A DNA stretch of 39,369 nucleotides from Aquirhabdus sp. (GCA_030151145.1 JASLEL010000374.1:1-39369); one strand, 5' to 3'; shown: positions 31,160-39,369, counted from the stretch's first letter. The notes: generated from the sequence alone by a model not told the origin. Numbers and translations: made by a program.

Positions 31160-31363
31160 GCGCGATGCGTTAAAAGCCATTCGAATAGCACTTATTGATG
31201 AGTGTTATTCGATAAACGTGCCGCGTGATTCACCCAGACGATATATCGCGGTATGGTTTGCCCCCTGAGCCTGATTCGTCATGCAACGGATAGGGTTCTT
31301 GTGTAAGATGACCACACAAAAACAGACAGTGCAGCGCCCGATTGACGCTCTGAGGATGATGCG

Positions 31364-33691
31364 ATGACCCCGGCTACAGACAAGCAACTGAAGAAAAGCA
31401 CAGAGACGAAACATACAGTCACAGAAAAAACCGCCTGTATCCTGTGTTCGCGCAATTGCGGCCTGGCCGTTGAGATTGCCGATGGGCAGTTCACGCGTAT
31501 CAGTGGTGATGACGATCATCCGGTGTCCAAAGGCTATTTCTGCCAGAAGGCGGCGCGTCTGGAGCACTACCAGCAGCTCGGCGACCGTCTGCGCCATCCG
31601 CTCAAGCGCATGCCCGATGGCAGCTTCGTACAGGTCAGCTGGGATGAGGCGCTGACCGACATTGCCCAGCGTTTGCTGGCGATTCGCAAGAAACACGGTG
31701 GCAGTGCCTTTGCCTTCGTCGGTGGTGGCGGGCAGGGCAATCACTTGGGTGCCGCCTACAGTCGTCAGATATTGGCGGCGATGCGCAGTCGCTATGCTTA
31801 CAATGCCTTAGGTCAGGAGAAGACTGGCGATTTCTGGCTCAATGGTCGCCTGTTTGGTCGTCAGGACTGTCACACTACCGAAGACGTCGAGCATGCTGAC
31901 TATGTGCTCTTTATTGGCACCAATCCTTTTCAGGCGCACGGTATCCCCAATGCGCGTGACACCCTGCGTGAGCTGAAAAAAGACCCGCTGCGCACCATGG
32001 TGGTGATCGATCCGCGCGTATCCGAGACCGCCAAGCAAGCCGACATTCATCTGCAGGTCAAGCCCGGCACAGATGCCTATCTCATGAGCGTGATGTTGGC
32101 GGTGATCGTACGCGAAGGTCTGCATGACCGCGCGTTCCTTGCCAAGCATTGCCGGGGCTTTGAGGCGGTCGAAGAGGCGCTGCTACAGATCCCGATCGAA
32201 GAGTACGCACGTCGCTGCGATGTACCGCTGGCCGACATCAAATACGTGGCGCGTGGCTTTGCCAAGGCCGAACGCGCCTGCGTACGCATCGACCTCGGTA
32301 TCCAGCATACGCTGCATACGACCTTAAATGGGTACCTTGAAAAACTGCTCTATCTGATCACGGGTAACTTCGGCAAGCGCGGCGGTAATAATCTGCATAG
32401 CATGTTTCTGCCGGTACTCGGTCATACCGATGAGCGCAAGGCGAAATACAAGCGCACCGCCTACCATGGCATGTACCCGATCGCAGGCATCTATCCACCC
32501 AACATCCTGCCGGATGAGATTCTGCTGGCGAAAGAACACCGCATCCGTGCGGTCTTCGTCGATAGTGCCAATCCGGTGGTGACCTATGCCGATACGGCGG
32601 CCTATGTCAAAGCCTTCCAGAGCTTGCAACTGCTGGTCGTGGTCGATGTCGCCATGACCGAGACGGCGCGTCTGGCGCACTATGTGCTGCCTGCGGCGTC
32701 GCAGTTCGAGAAATGGGAAGCGACGGGATTTAATCTTGAATTCCCCGAGAATGCCTTCCACCTGCGTCATCCGCTGTTTCATCCGCTGGATGAGAGCCTG
32801 CCGGAGCCGGAGATCTATACGCGCATTCTGGAGCTGATGGGCGAGATACCGAGCGACTTTCCGCGTCTGTCGCGGATTGCGCGCCATGAGCCTAAAGCCT
32901 CAGGGCATCTGGCCTATATGGGCGCGGTCGGTGTTTATCTCGCCGGTCACAAGCGCATGATTCCTTTTGCGGCCTCTATCGTCTATCGCACGCTGGGTCC
33001 TGTGATGCCGCAGCGTGGTGCCGCCGCTGCGCCATTGCTTGCCCTGTCGATCCAGTATGCGCAGAAGCACTACGATGCGGTACGACGTGCCGGACATGCG
33101 GGCAATCGCCTGACGGTCGGTAGCAATCTCTTTGATGCCATCATGACGCGGCGTGAGGGGACGGTGATTAGTCACCATACCTTCGATGAGATGTGGTCGA
33201 TGATCGCCTATCCGGATCGACGTGTGCATCTCGAGATTCCGGAGATGCTGGCGGAGCTTGCGGCGTTGGCAACCGAAGTGCTGCCGGGCGCGGACTATCC
33301 GTTCATCCTCATGGCAGGCGAGCGTCGTAGCTATAATGCCAATCAGATCTACCGTGATCCGGCGTGGCGCAAGGTCGATCCGCATGGGGCGATGCGGATG
33401 CATTCCGAGGATGCCGCGCGCCTTGAGTTGGTCGACGGCAGTCGTGCCCGTTGCCGTTCGGCGGGTGGCGAGATTACGGTCGTGATCGAGGTGGATGACA
33501 GTGTGCGCCGTGGTATGGTCACGCTGCCGCATGGCTATGGCATGCGCTATCAGGGGGGCGAGCCGGTCGGCCCCGAGCTGAACCGTCTGACCTCAGGCAT
33601 ACACTGTGATCCGCTGTCACGCACGCCGTATCATAAGTATGTGCCGGTGCATATCGAGAAGCTGGACGCGTCTACGGATGCGGTGGCTTAA
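31364..33691 (+). CDS. Molybdopterin (bis-MGD, DMSO reductase superfamily) oxidoreductase, cytoplasmic
   Basis: CILCSRNC...CQK 4Fe-4S motif; RLRHPLKR; VIDPRVSETA; ETARLAHYVLPA; C-terminal MGD-binding domain; no Tat signal. Confidence 0.88.
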   Translation: MTPATDKQLKKSTETKHTVTEKTACILCSRNCGLAVEIADGQFTRISGDDDHPVSKGYFCQKAARLEHYQQLGDRLRHPLKRMPDGSFVQVSWDEALTDIAQRLLAIRKKHGGSAFAFVGGGGQGNHLGAAYSRQILAAMRSRYAYNALGQEKTGDFWLNGRLFGRQDCHTTEDVEHADYVLFIGTNPFQAHGIPNARDTLRELKKDPLRTMVVIDPRVSETAKQADIHLQVKPGTDAYLMSVMLAVIVREGLHDRAFLAKHCRGFEAVEEALLQIPIEEYARRCDVPLADIKYVARGFAKAERACVRIDLGIQHTLHTTLNGYLEKLLYLITGNFGKRGGNNLHSMFLPVLGHTDERKAKYKRTAYHGMYPIAGIYPPNILPDEILLAKEHRIRAVFVDSANPVVTYADTAAYVKAFQSLQLLVVVDVAMTETARLAHYVLPAASQFEKWEATGFNLEFPENAFHLRHPLFHPLDESLPEPEIYTRILELMGEIPSDFPRLSRIARHEPKASGHLAYMGAVGVYLAGHKRMIPFAASIVYRTLGPVMPQRGAAAAPLLALSIQYAQKHYDAVRRAGHAGNRLTVGSNLFDAIMTRREGTVISHHTFDEMWSMIAYPDRRVHLEIPEMLAELAALATEVLPGADYPFILMAGERRSYNANQIYRDPAWRKVDPHGAMRMHSEDAARLELVDGSRARCRSAGGEITVVIEVDDSVRRGMVTLPHGYGMRYQGGEPVGPELNRLTSGIHCDPLSRTPYHKYVPVHIEKLDASTDAVA

Positions 33692-33708
33692 CGGAGACGT
33701 TCTAGGTT

Positions 33709-34032
33709 TTAGTGCTTTAAATCTAGGTTGATCATATCGCTGTCAACATGAGTAGCGTCGTCAACATCGATCTCAAAGAGCTGATTGAAAGCGTGAATAG
33801 CCGCAGGCAGTGAGTCGAACCAGTCACAGCGCTCCACGGGCGATGTTTCTATGAAAAGTTCAACGAACTGTTTAGCGGAATGCCGTAGCTGCTGCTCATC
33901 GACGGGTAAATAAAAATAATCCGCACTCTGAATGGCATATCGGCCTGTTTCCAGATGACGCAGGCCGCAGTATTTGATGGCGAGGGTATCGCTGATTCGC
34001 GCCCATACGGGCATTTCTTGAAACAAATCCAA
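33709..34032 (-). CDS. Hypothetical protein, tandem paralog A
   Basis: TTG start with GAGG Shine-Dalgarno; about 67% identical to the adjacent ORF over 86 aa. Confidence 0.75.
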   Translation of the reverse strand: MDLFQEMPVWARISDTLAIKYCGLRHLETGRYAIQSADYFYLPVDEQQLRHSAKQFVELFIETSPVERCDWFDSLPAAIHAFNQLFEIDVDDATHVDSDMINLDLKH

Positions 34033-34076
34033 TATTTCAAATTCCTCTTTTTAATCTATCTTGCAACGCAGTGATA

Positions 34077-34367
34077 TTAGCTCAGGCTATGTGGCACTGT
34101 ATTGGCAGTCAATTGCTGGTGAAATGCCAGAATGGCGGCGGGCAGGGAATGATACCAGTCGCAGCGCGCCTTGGGTGACTCGTCGAGCATGAGCTCCACA
34201 AACTGCTTTTGCGACGCCATGATTGGTTGATGTGTGACGGGGAGATGGAAATAATCCGCGCTCTGAATGGCGTATTGCTGCGACTCCAAGTGATGCAGAC
34301 CGCAGTATTTGATAGCGAGCGTATCACTGACCCGCTCCCATACGGTGACTTCCTGAAATAAATCCAT
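34077..34367 (-). CDS. Hypothetical protein, tandem paralog B
   Basis: ATG with AAGG Shine-Dalgarno; shares YAIQSADYF, KQFVEL, RCDW, SLPAAI with paralog A. Confidence 0.75.
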   Translation of the reverse strand: MDLFQEVTVWERVSDTLAIKYCGLHHLESQQYAIQSADYFHLPVTHQPIMASQKQFVELMLDESPKARCDWYHSLPAAILAFHQQLTANTVPHSLS

Positions 34368-34524
34368 AGTCTCAATCCTTTGCTGCGTGCGATGAAAGAT
34401 TAGAACATCTGGTCAAATTTGGTGTCATAATTGCATAAATAGCTGCTTCTGGTGCTACATCAAGTGTAGCAAAGCGCAGGCGTCAGTTTGATGTCTGTCG
34501 TGGCACCAATCGTGGAAGGATCAC

Positions 34525-35133
34525 ATGGAAAACACGTTCTTTTCGGCAACCATCGTATTGCTGCTCATCACCGACCCCTTAGGCGGAGTACCGGTCTTCA
34601 CCAATGCGCTCAAAGGCGTCAAACCTGAGCGGCGTCCGTTTATTATCCTGCGTGAAGTCTCGATTGCGTTTTTGATCCTGTTGGCCTTCATGCTGGGCGG
34701 ACAGCGTTTCCTTGACCTACTGCAACTTAGCAATCTGTCGCTGGAGCTGGCGGGCGGGATTGTCCTCTTTTTGATTGCGCTGCGCATGGTGTTTCCGGCG
34801 ATGGCGTCTGGCGGTGCCGAGGTGATCCCTGATGAGCCGTTGATCGTGCCGCTGGCGGTGCCGATGCTGGCGGGTCCGTCGGCGATGGCGACGGTGATGC
34901 TGATGGTATCGCAGGCCCCCAATCGTATGCTGGAGTGGGTGGCAGCGCTCGCGGTGACCATGACGGTCTGTGCGGTGGTGCTGCTCCTATCCGGCTGGAT
35001 GCAGCGGATACTGGGGGATAGTGTGCTGAAGGCCTTTGAGCGGCTGATGGGGCTGATACTGGTGGTGCTGTCGGTCGAGATGATCCTGAAGGCGATTCGG
35101 TTGTTTATACAGAGTTTGTCTGTGGCGTCCTAA
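34525..35133 (+). CDS. MarC-family membrane protein (YhgN-like)
   Basis: DPLGGVPVF; AGGIVLFLIALRM; VPLAVPMLAGPSA; ERLMGLIL. Confidence 0.9.
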   Translation: MENTFFSATIVLLLITDPLGGVPVFTNALKGVKPERRPFIILREVSIAFLILLAFMLGGQRFLDLLQLSNLSLELAGGIVLFLIALRMVFPAMASGGAEVIPDEPLIVPLAVPMLAGPSAMATVMLMVSQAPNRMLEWVAALAVTMTVCAVVLLLSGWMQRILGDSVLKAFERLMGLILVVLSVEMILKAIRLFIQSLSVAS

Positions 35134-35421
35134 GTGCTGTGAATTGGAGGGAGTTAAAAAAGATTGTGATTGTAGGCAATGAATGAAAAGGTTCCACAAT
35201 AGCAATTGTTGCTGTGCTTTTTATGCGGGATAGCCTGCCGCAGGCGGAACGATTGACTGGGCAATCGTCGGCAAAACCCCTTTTTCGCGCAAGCTCTTTT
35301 CCACACAAGCGAGCCATCCTTGGCTCGAACAGTTGCGCTCAGCGTCCTTGCAAAGCAGTCATGCATTTAGAAACAGACCTGCATCAGGTCGATGCTGTTT
35401 TCTTGATATGTCGCTTCAGAA

Positions 35422-36168
35422 CTAAGGCGCGGCAGGCCGATCCTTCAGCGCATGCCCCATTTCAAACATCGCCCTTTGCTTCTCCTCGGGCGTGTATTTC
35501 AATCCCAGCTCGCCATTCTGCTCTGCCATCGCCAGTGTCTGTATCGCTTCAGGCAGGTCGAGGTCGGCGGCTTGTTTATATAGCGCCACCGCATGTGCTT
35601 CATCCTTCGCCACGCCATCACCATCGCGATAGGCATTACCGAGCATAAAGAGCCCCGCAGGCAGATCATGCTGGGCGGCAATGCCAAACCAGTGTGCCGC
35701 AGTCGCAGCGTTAGACGGCACGCCATAGCCGGATTTATAGATTAATCCCAGATAATACGCGGCATTGGGGTCGTTCTTGGCACCGCTGATACTCAGCCAT
35801 TTGAATGCCTGTGCGTCATCCTTGGCAATCCCATCATGGCCTAAGAAGTAAGCCTTGCCCAAGATCGTCGCACTGCCGGTATCTCCCTGACTGGCGGCGT
35901 CGGTCAGGAGCTTGATGGCGTCGTTTGGCTTGCCGCGATGCAAATAAACCTCCCCCAGCGCCCGCATGGCAGGGATCTGAGCATGGGCCGCAGCGTCCTG
36001 CAGATACTCCAGTGCATGCGTGTCGGCACCGGCCGAGGCTTCGACCCGCCATTGCTCGATCTGGTTTTCCGTCACCTCGGCATAAGCCTGACTTTGCCAT
36101 ATAAAAAGAACAGCAGCGGTCATGACGACCGCTACTGCTGTGAGAAGCATCCACGAACGTGACTTCAT
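35422..36168 (-). CDS. Exported Sel1-repeat protein
   Basis: N-terminal signal/anchor; repeats LGxxYxxGxGVxxDxxxAxxWxxxAA; starts 18 nt after the cpdB stop. Confidence 0.85.
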   Translation of the reverse strand: MKSRSWMLLTAVAVVMTAAVLFIWQSQAYAEVTENQIEQWRVEASAGADTHALEYLQDAAAHAQIPAMRALGEVYLHRGKPNDAIKLLTDAASQGDTGSATILGKAYFLGHDGIAKDDAQAFKWLSISGAKNDPNAAYYLGLIYKSGYGVPSNAATAAHWFGIAAQHDLPAGLFMLGNAYRDGDGVAKDEAHAVALYKQAADLDLPEAIQTLAMAEQNGELGLKYTPEEKQRAMFEMGHALKDRPAAP

Positions 36169-36186
36169 AGGTAGACAGTCCGCCCG

Positions 36187-38295
36187 TTATTTCGACAGGT
36201 CAATGCTGTAGACCGCCAGACCCTTGCCTGAGCCGTCATCCGCCTTGATCTGTTGTACATTGTTAATGCCTGCGGCTTGTGCCAGCGTCAGCTTGTTTGG
36301 CGCAGAGGTGAAGATCACATTGCCTTGGGTGGTGACTTTGGTGAAGTTCCAGCTGCGGTCGCCACCATTTCGCGCACGGGTGATGGTCTTGATATTTTTG
36401 ATATAGCTGATCAGGACATCGCGGTTGGCATCCGGGGAGGCATAGATGGTCTTGCTGCCGTCGAGACCGGGGAAGTTACCGCCGCCGCTGGCACGGTAGT
36501 TGTTGGTGGCGATGATGAAGGACTGCGTCGGATCAATCGGCGCGCCTTTGTAGGTCAGGTTCTTGATCCGGCTGCCCTTGGCCTGAGTGACGTCGATCTC
36601 GTAGTGGATGTCGGCACTGGTGAACATATCGAAGTTGTAGCCCGGATAGCTACTGACCAGCGTCTGATCGGTGGTCTTGGTGGGATCAATCCGGTTGAAG
36701 CGCTGCGCGGCAGTCTCCAGCCAGTTCTGGATATCGGCACCGGTGACTTTGACGGCGTAGATGGTGTTGGGGTAGAGGTAGAGGTCGGCGGCATTGTTGA
36801 TCGCGACATTGCCTGCGGCGACATCGGTAAAGTCGGTGCCACCCGCAAAGCCGCTCTTGAACGGCGCACTGACCGACAGTACCGGAATGCCCGCATACTG
36901 GGGCAGGTTGGCCTTGACGTAGGTGCTGACATAGTCGGCCTGTGCTTGGTTAACGATCTCGATGGCACCCGGATCGCCCACATCGGCAAAGAAGCTGTTC
37001 ATCTCGTAGTCGGTGCTGCCAATCGGCGTCTTCACGTAGTTGATGGTGGCCTGATGCTCGGCGCTGATCAGATTGGCGACGTTCGGATCGACATCGACGT
37101 AAGTGGTGGTGCTGGTGCCATCGGCATTTTTGGTCGTGGTAGCGATGTTGCGTGCTTGGACCACGGTTTTGGTCTTGTCTACCGACCATTTCTGACCGTC
37201 ATAGGCCAGCTCAAGCTTGATCACGCCGAGACTCTTGCCCCAGAAGTTGCCCATCACGGTCGGGATGCCATTCACAGTGCCATTGGCTTTATCCACGCCC
37301 GGCAGATTGAACTGTCCCTGCGTACTGCTGGCATCCGGGAAGAGCAGATGCGAGTGACCGATCATCATGGCATCGACGCCGGGCACCAGCGACAGATGGT
37401 AGCTGCCGTTTTCCATGGTGGGTGAGTAGGTGCTGTTGTCCAGACCACCGTGTGAGACGACCACGATCAGGTCGGCGCCTTTGGCTTTCATTTCGGGGAT
37501 GAACTGGGCGGCGGCTTCCTTGACGCCGACGGTATAGACTTTGCCGTCCAGCCAGCGTTTATCCCAGTTGAGGATCATGGGTGGGGTAAAGCCGATCACG
37601 CCGACCTTGATGGTTGCGGTGATGGGTTTGCCACTCGGATCGGTCGCGGTGACCGTCTTGCTGACGATCTGGTACGGCTGAAACAGTGGTTGCTTGGTGC
37701 GCACGCTGTAGACGTTGGCGAGTGCCAGCGGAAATTTAGGTCCACTACAAGCGGTCTGCTGAGCCGGTGCAGGCAGGCCGTCAACGTCAAATTTGCTGCC
37801 GGTGACCTGATTGAGGAAGTTCAGGCCGTAGTTGAATTCATGGTTGCCGACGCCGCTGGCATCATAGCCCAGATAGTTCATGACTTTGTACTGGGCCAGT
37901 GTGTCACCGCAGGCGATGGGTTTGACCAGTGCTTGATAGTCTGCCAGCGCCGTGCCTTGTATCGCATCGCCATCGTCGATCAGCAAGGTGTTGGGGAATT
38001 CGCTGCGGGCATTCTTGATCAGGGTGGCGGTGCGCTCAAGGCCGACGGTCTTGTCTTCGGCGAGCTTGAAGTAGTCATAGCTCTGCACATTGGTATGCAG
38101 GTCGGTTGTCTCAAGCAGGGCTACCGTTGCGCGAGAGCCGGTGGCAACCGGTGTCGGCGTGGGGACGGGTGCCGGAGCAGGCGCGGGTGTCGGGATCGGT
38201 GTGCTTGGATTGGTGTTATTGTCATTGCTGTCACAGCCACTGATCAGGGCTGCCATTGCGATTGCACAACTGAGATAAAGGGTATTCCGCTGCAT
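36187..38295 (-). CDS. cpdB: 2',3'-cyclic-nucleotide 2'-phosphodiesterase/3'-nucleotidase, lipoprotein form
   Basis: LLETTDLH..YDY; DDGDAIQG; GNHEFNYG; GHSH; ADLYLYPNT; YNFD; ATNNYRA; lipobox ISGC followed by a Pro/Thr linker; start 38295 with GGAG Shine-Dalgarno. Confidence 0.9.
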   Translation of the reverse strand: MQRNTLYLSCAIAMAALISGCDSNDNNTNPSTPIPTPAPAPAPVPTPTPVATGSRATVALLETTDLHTNVQSYDYFKLAEDKTVGLERTATLIKNARSEFPNTLLIDDGDAIQGTALADYQALVKPIACGDTLAQYKVMNYLGYDASGVGNHEFNYGLNFLNQVTGSKFDVDGLPAPAQQTACSGPKFPLALANVYSVRTKQPLFQPYQIVSKTVTATDPSGKPITATIKVGVIGFTPPMILNWDKRWLDGKVYTVGVKEAAAQFIPEMKAKGADLIVVVSHGGLDNSTYSPTMENGSYHLSLVPGVDAMMIGHSHLLFPDASSTQGQFNLPGVDKANGTVNGIPTVMGNFWGKSLGVIKLELAYDGQKWSVDKTKTVVQARNIATTTKNADGTSTTTYVDVDPNVANLISAEHQATINYVKTPIGSTDYEMNSFFADVGDPGAIEIVNQAQADYVSTYVKANLPQYAGIPVLSVSAPFKSGFAGGTDFTDVAAGNVAINNAADLYLYPNTIYAVKVTGADIQNWLETAAQRFNRIDPTKTTDQTLVSSYPGYNFDMFTSADIHYEIDVTQAKGSRIKNLTYKGAPIDPTQSFIIATNNYRASGGGNFPGLDGSKTIYASPDANRDVLISYIKNIKTITRARNGGDRSWNFTKVTTQGNVIFTSAPNKLTLAQAAGINNVQQIKADDGSGKGLAVYSIDLSK

Positions 38296-38347
38296 GTCCT
38301 GCTCCATCGTCTGCATAGTGTGGATGGTCAATTTGACCGACTGGAAG

Positions 38348-38381
38348 ACTTTAGGCAGTGCTCATGACAATGTGATGAAAT
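38348..38381 (-). promoter_or_regulatory. Putative Pho box plus -10 element upstream of cpdB
   Basis: Minus strand ATTTCAT-CACA-TTGTCAT, then exactly 10 nt, then TAAAGT. Confidence 0.55.
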
Positions 38382-38503
38382 GTGTTTTTATTGTGGATTA
38401 TTTTTGATGAAAAGTGATGTTTGAGGATGGAGGGATGTCGTCAAGCGCGTTTTTGGTCGCAGATGACCGATAAGCAGATGCTCACAGGTTGGGGAAATCA
38501 GAG

Positions 38504-38734
38504 CTAGGTGGTCACTTTCATTTGTAATTGAATAAGTTGTTTCTTAAGCACACGGCTATGGATGAATTGGGCGATAAACATGAATGTGAAACCAATACAG
38601 CCGTGTTTCCACACGAATGCGGCAAAATCAATACTGGGAACGTGATCGGCCATGATATTGATGCATGCGATAAACAGATAAAGCCCACCGCAGCATCGCA
38701 AAATGATCGTGATGAGATCGTAGAATTTTTGCAT
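38504..38734 (-). CDS. Small hypothetical membrane protein (2 TM)
   Basis: 76 aa with two hydrophobic segments; low-GC region. Confidence 0.5.
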   Translation of the reverse strand: MQKFYDLITIILRCCGGLYLFIACINIMADHVPSIDFAAFVWKHGCIGFTFMFIAQFIHSRVLKKQLIQLQMKVTT

Positions 38735-38831
38735 AACGTGTCTCGGCGCTTAAAGAAGCTGGTGGCTAATCTTGGTGGAAGTATAAGGGAAGGGCTATGT
38801 TGATTAGATAGAAAATTTAAGATAAAAGTGC

Positions 38832-38859
38832 TTGATTTTTAGGCGGACTGGATTAGAAT
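38832..38859 (+). promoter_or_regulatory. Candidate sigma70 promoter
   Basis: TTGATT-16 nt-TAGAAT preceded by an A-rich tract. Confidence 0.5.
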
Positions 38860-38956
38860 GCTGTCCATATCGCGGACGATTGCCGTCTGCCCCGGATTTT
38901 GTATAAACGTTTTATTGGCCGTACGCTATGTACATTGATAGAGGAGTGACCGCGAC

Positions 38957-38983
38957 ATGATTTCAGGAATTCAGCATACATAG
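38957..38983 (+). CDS. Putative leader peptide MISGIQHT
   Basis: GAGGAG Shine-Dalgarno at 38941-38946; stop codon abuts the first leader hairpin. Confidence 0.4.
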   Translation: MISGIQHT

Positions 38984-38985
38984 GC

Positions 38986-39078
38986 GCAGTCGTCACCGTT
39001 CGGGCGACTGCAAGCCAGCGTGCTTCGCCGTTAGCCCGAATGCAAGGTCCTCCAAACCCGGCATTCGCCGGGTTTTTT
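38986..39078 (+). promoter_or_regulatory. Attenuator-like RNA (alternative hairpins plus intrinsic terminator), or the 3' part of an sRNA
   Basis: Mutually exclusive pairings 38986-94:39003-11, 38997-39005:39034-42, 39037-43:39061-67, and terminator 39054-62:39067-75 with a T6 tract. Confidence 0.55.
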
Positions 39079-39171
39079 ATTGCCTGTATTTGGGGTGATG
39101 GTTTTTGCACGACTGCCTTTTATAAAACATGCCTATCAGATCACGGACATCGATAACACTATTTTTTGAGC

Positions 39172-39369
39172 ATGATGATGAAAAACAAAAATCCTCCTCA
39201 GTTTCGCGAGCGGAACCACCTGGCCCTGCACCCGCTCCTGCATAAGGGCGGCGTGCATCACACCGAGAAAGCCGAAGTTGTCCGGCGTCGTGAGCGACGT
39301 CAGGTCAGTCAGTACCTGCGCGATCAGGACTGGCTGCATCTGGATGCCGACGACGCAAGGCTGCCGGAC
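39172..39369 (+). CDS. Small protein with a basic core, 3'-partial (RNHLALHPLLHKGGVH motif)
   Basis: Open from ATG 39172 to the window edge, so absent from the ORF track: MMMKNKNPPQFRERNHLALHPLLHKGGVHHTEKAEVVRRRERRQVSQYLRDQDW... Confidence 0.6.
   Translation, partial: MMMKNKNPPQFRERNHLALHPLLHKGGVHHTEKAEVVRRRERRQVSQYLRDQDWLHLDADDARLPD

Noticed and set aside
36253..37425. Long antisense ORFs (390 aa here; also 24462-25469, 26481-27302, 19558-20298, 6538-7257, 5258-5884)
   Set aside because: Shadow ORFs opposite well-conserved genes, expected from GC-rich codon bias.
38940..39080. tRNA, 6S, SRP RNA, SAH riboswitch or PrrF identity for the structured RNA
   Set aside because: No cloverleaf or T-loop, and none of the diagnostic motifs could be matched by eye; treated as an unassigned attenuator or sRNA.

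Overview
A 39.4-kb chromosomal window from a GC-rich (about 55-60%) gammaproteobacterium. Gene order and sequences (adeIJK-like pump next to a Gcr-family gene, ispB/sdsA and rplU-rpmA; sbp-hydrolase-cysTWA-cbl; rlmD-relA) suggest a Moraxellaceae member related to Acinetobacter; this is an inference. It is mostly housekeeping DNA. Accessory genes sit between the core blocks: a Pro/Thr-stalked surface lipoprotein, a D-2-hydroxyacid dehydrogenase with a stand-alone truncated paralog, a CsgG/DUF4810/DUF799 lipoprotein operon, a beta-helix protein, an HxlR-PaaI-molybdoenzyme cluster, two tandem orphan paralogs, MarC, and a lipoprotein CpdB with a Sel1-repeat partner. I saw no tRNA, rRNA, CRISPR array, transposase or phage gene. 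The most notable candidates are: (1) an unannotated leader-peptide attenuator at about 38830-39080, upstream of a small basic ORF the ORF track missed; (2) a 'site-specific recombinase' whose C-terminal half reads like a formate/nitrite-transporter (FNT) channel; (3) an intact single-domain dehydrogenase paralog; (4) a Pho-box promoter driving the lipid-anchored CpdB-Sel1 pair; (5) tandem immunity-like paralogs. All family assignments come from reading motifs by eye, not from database searches.
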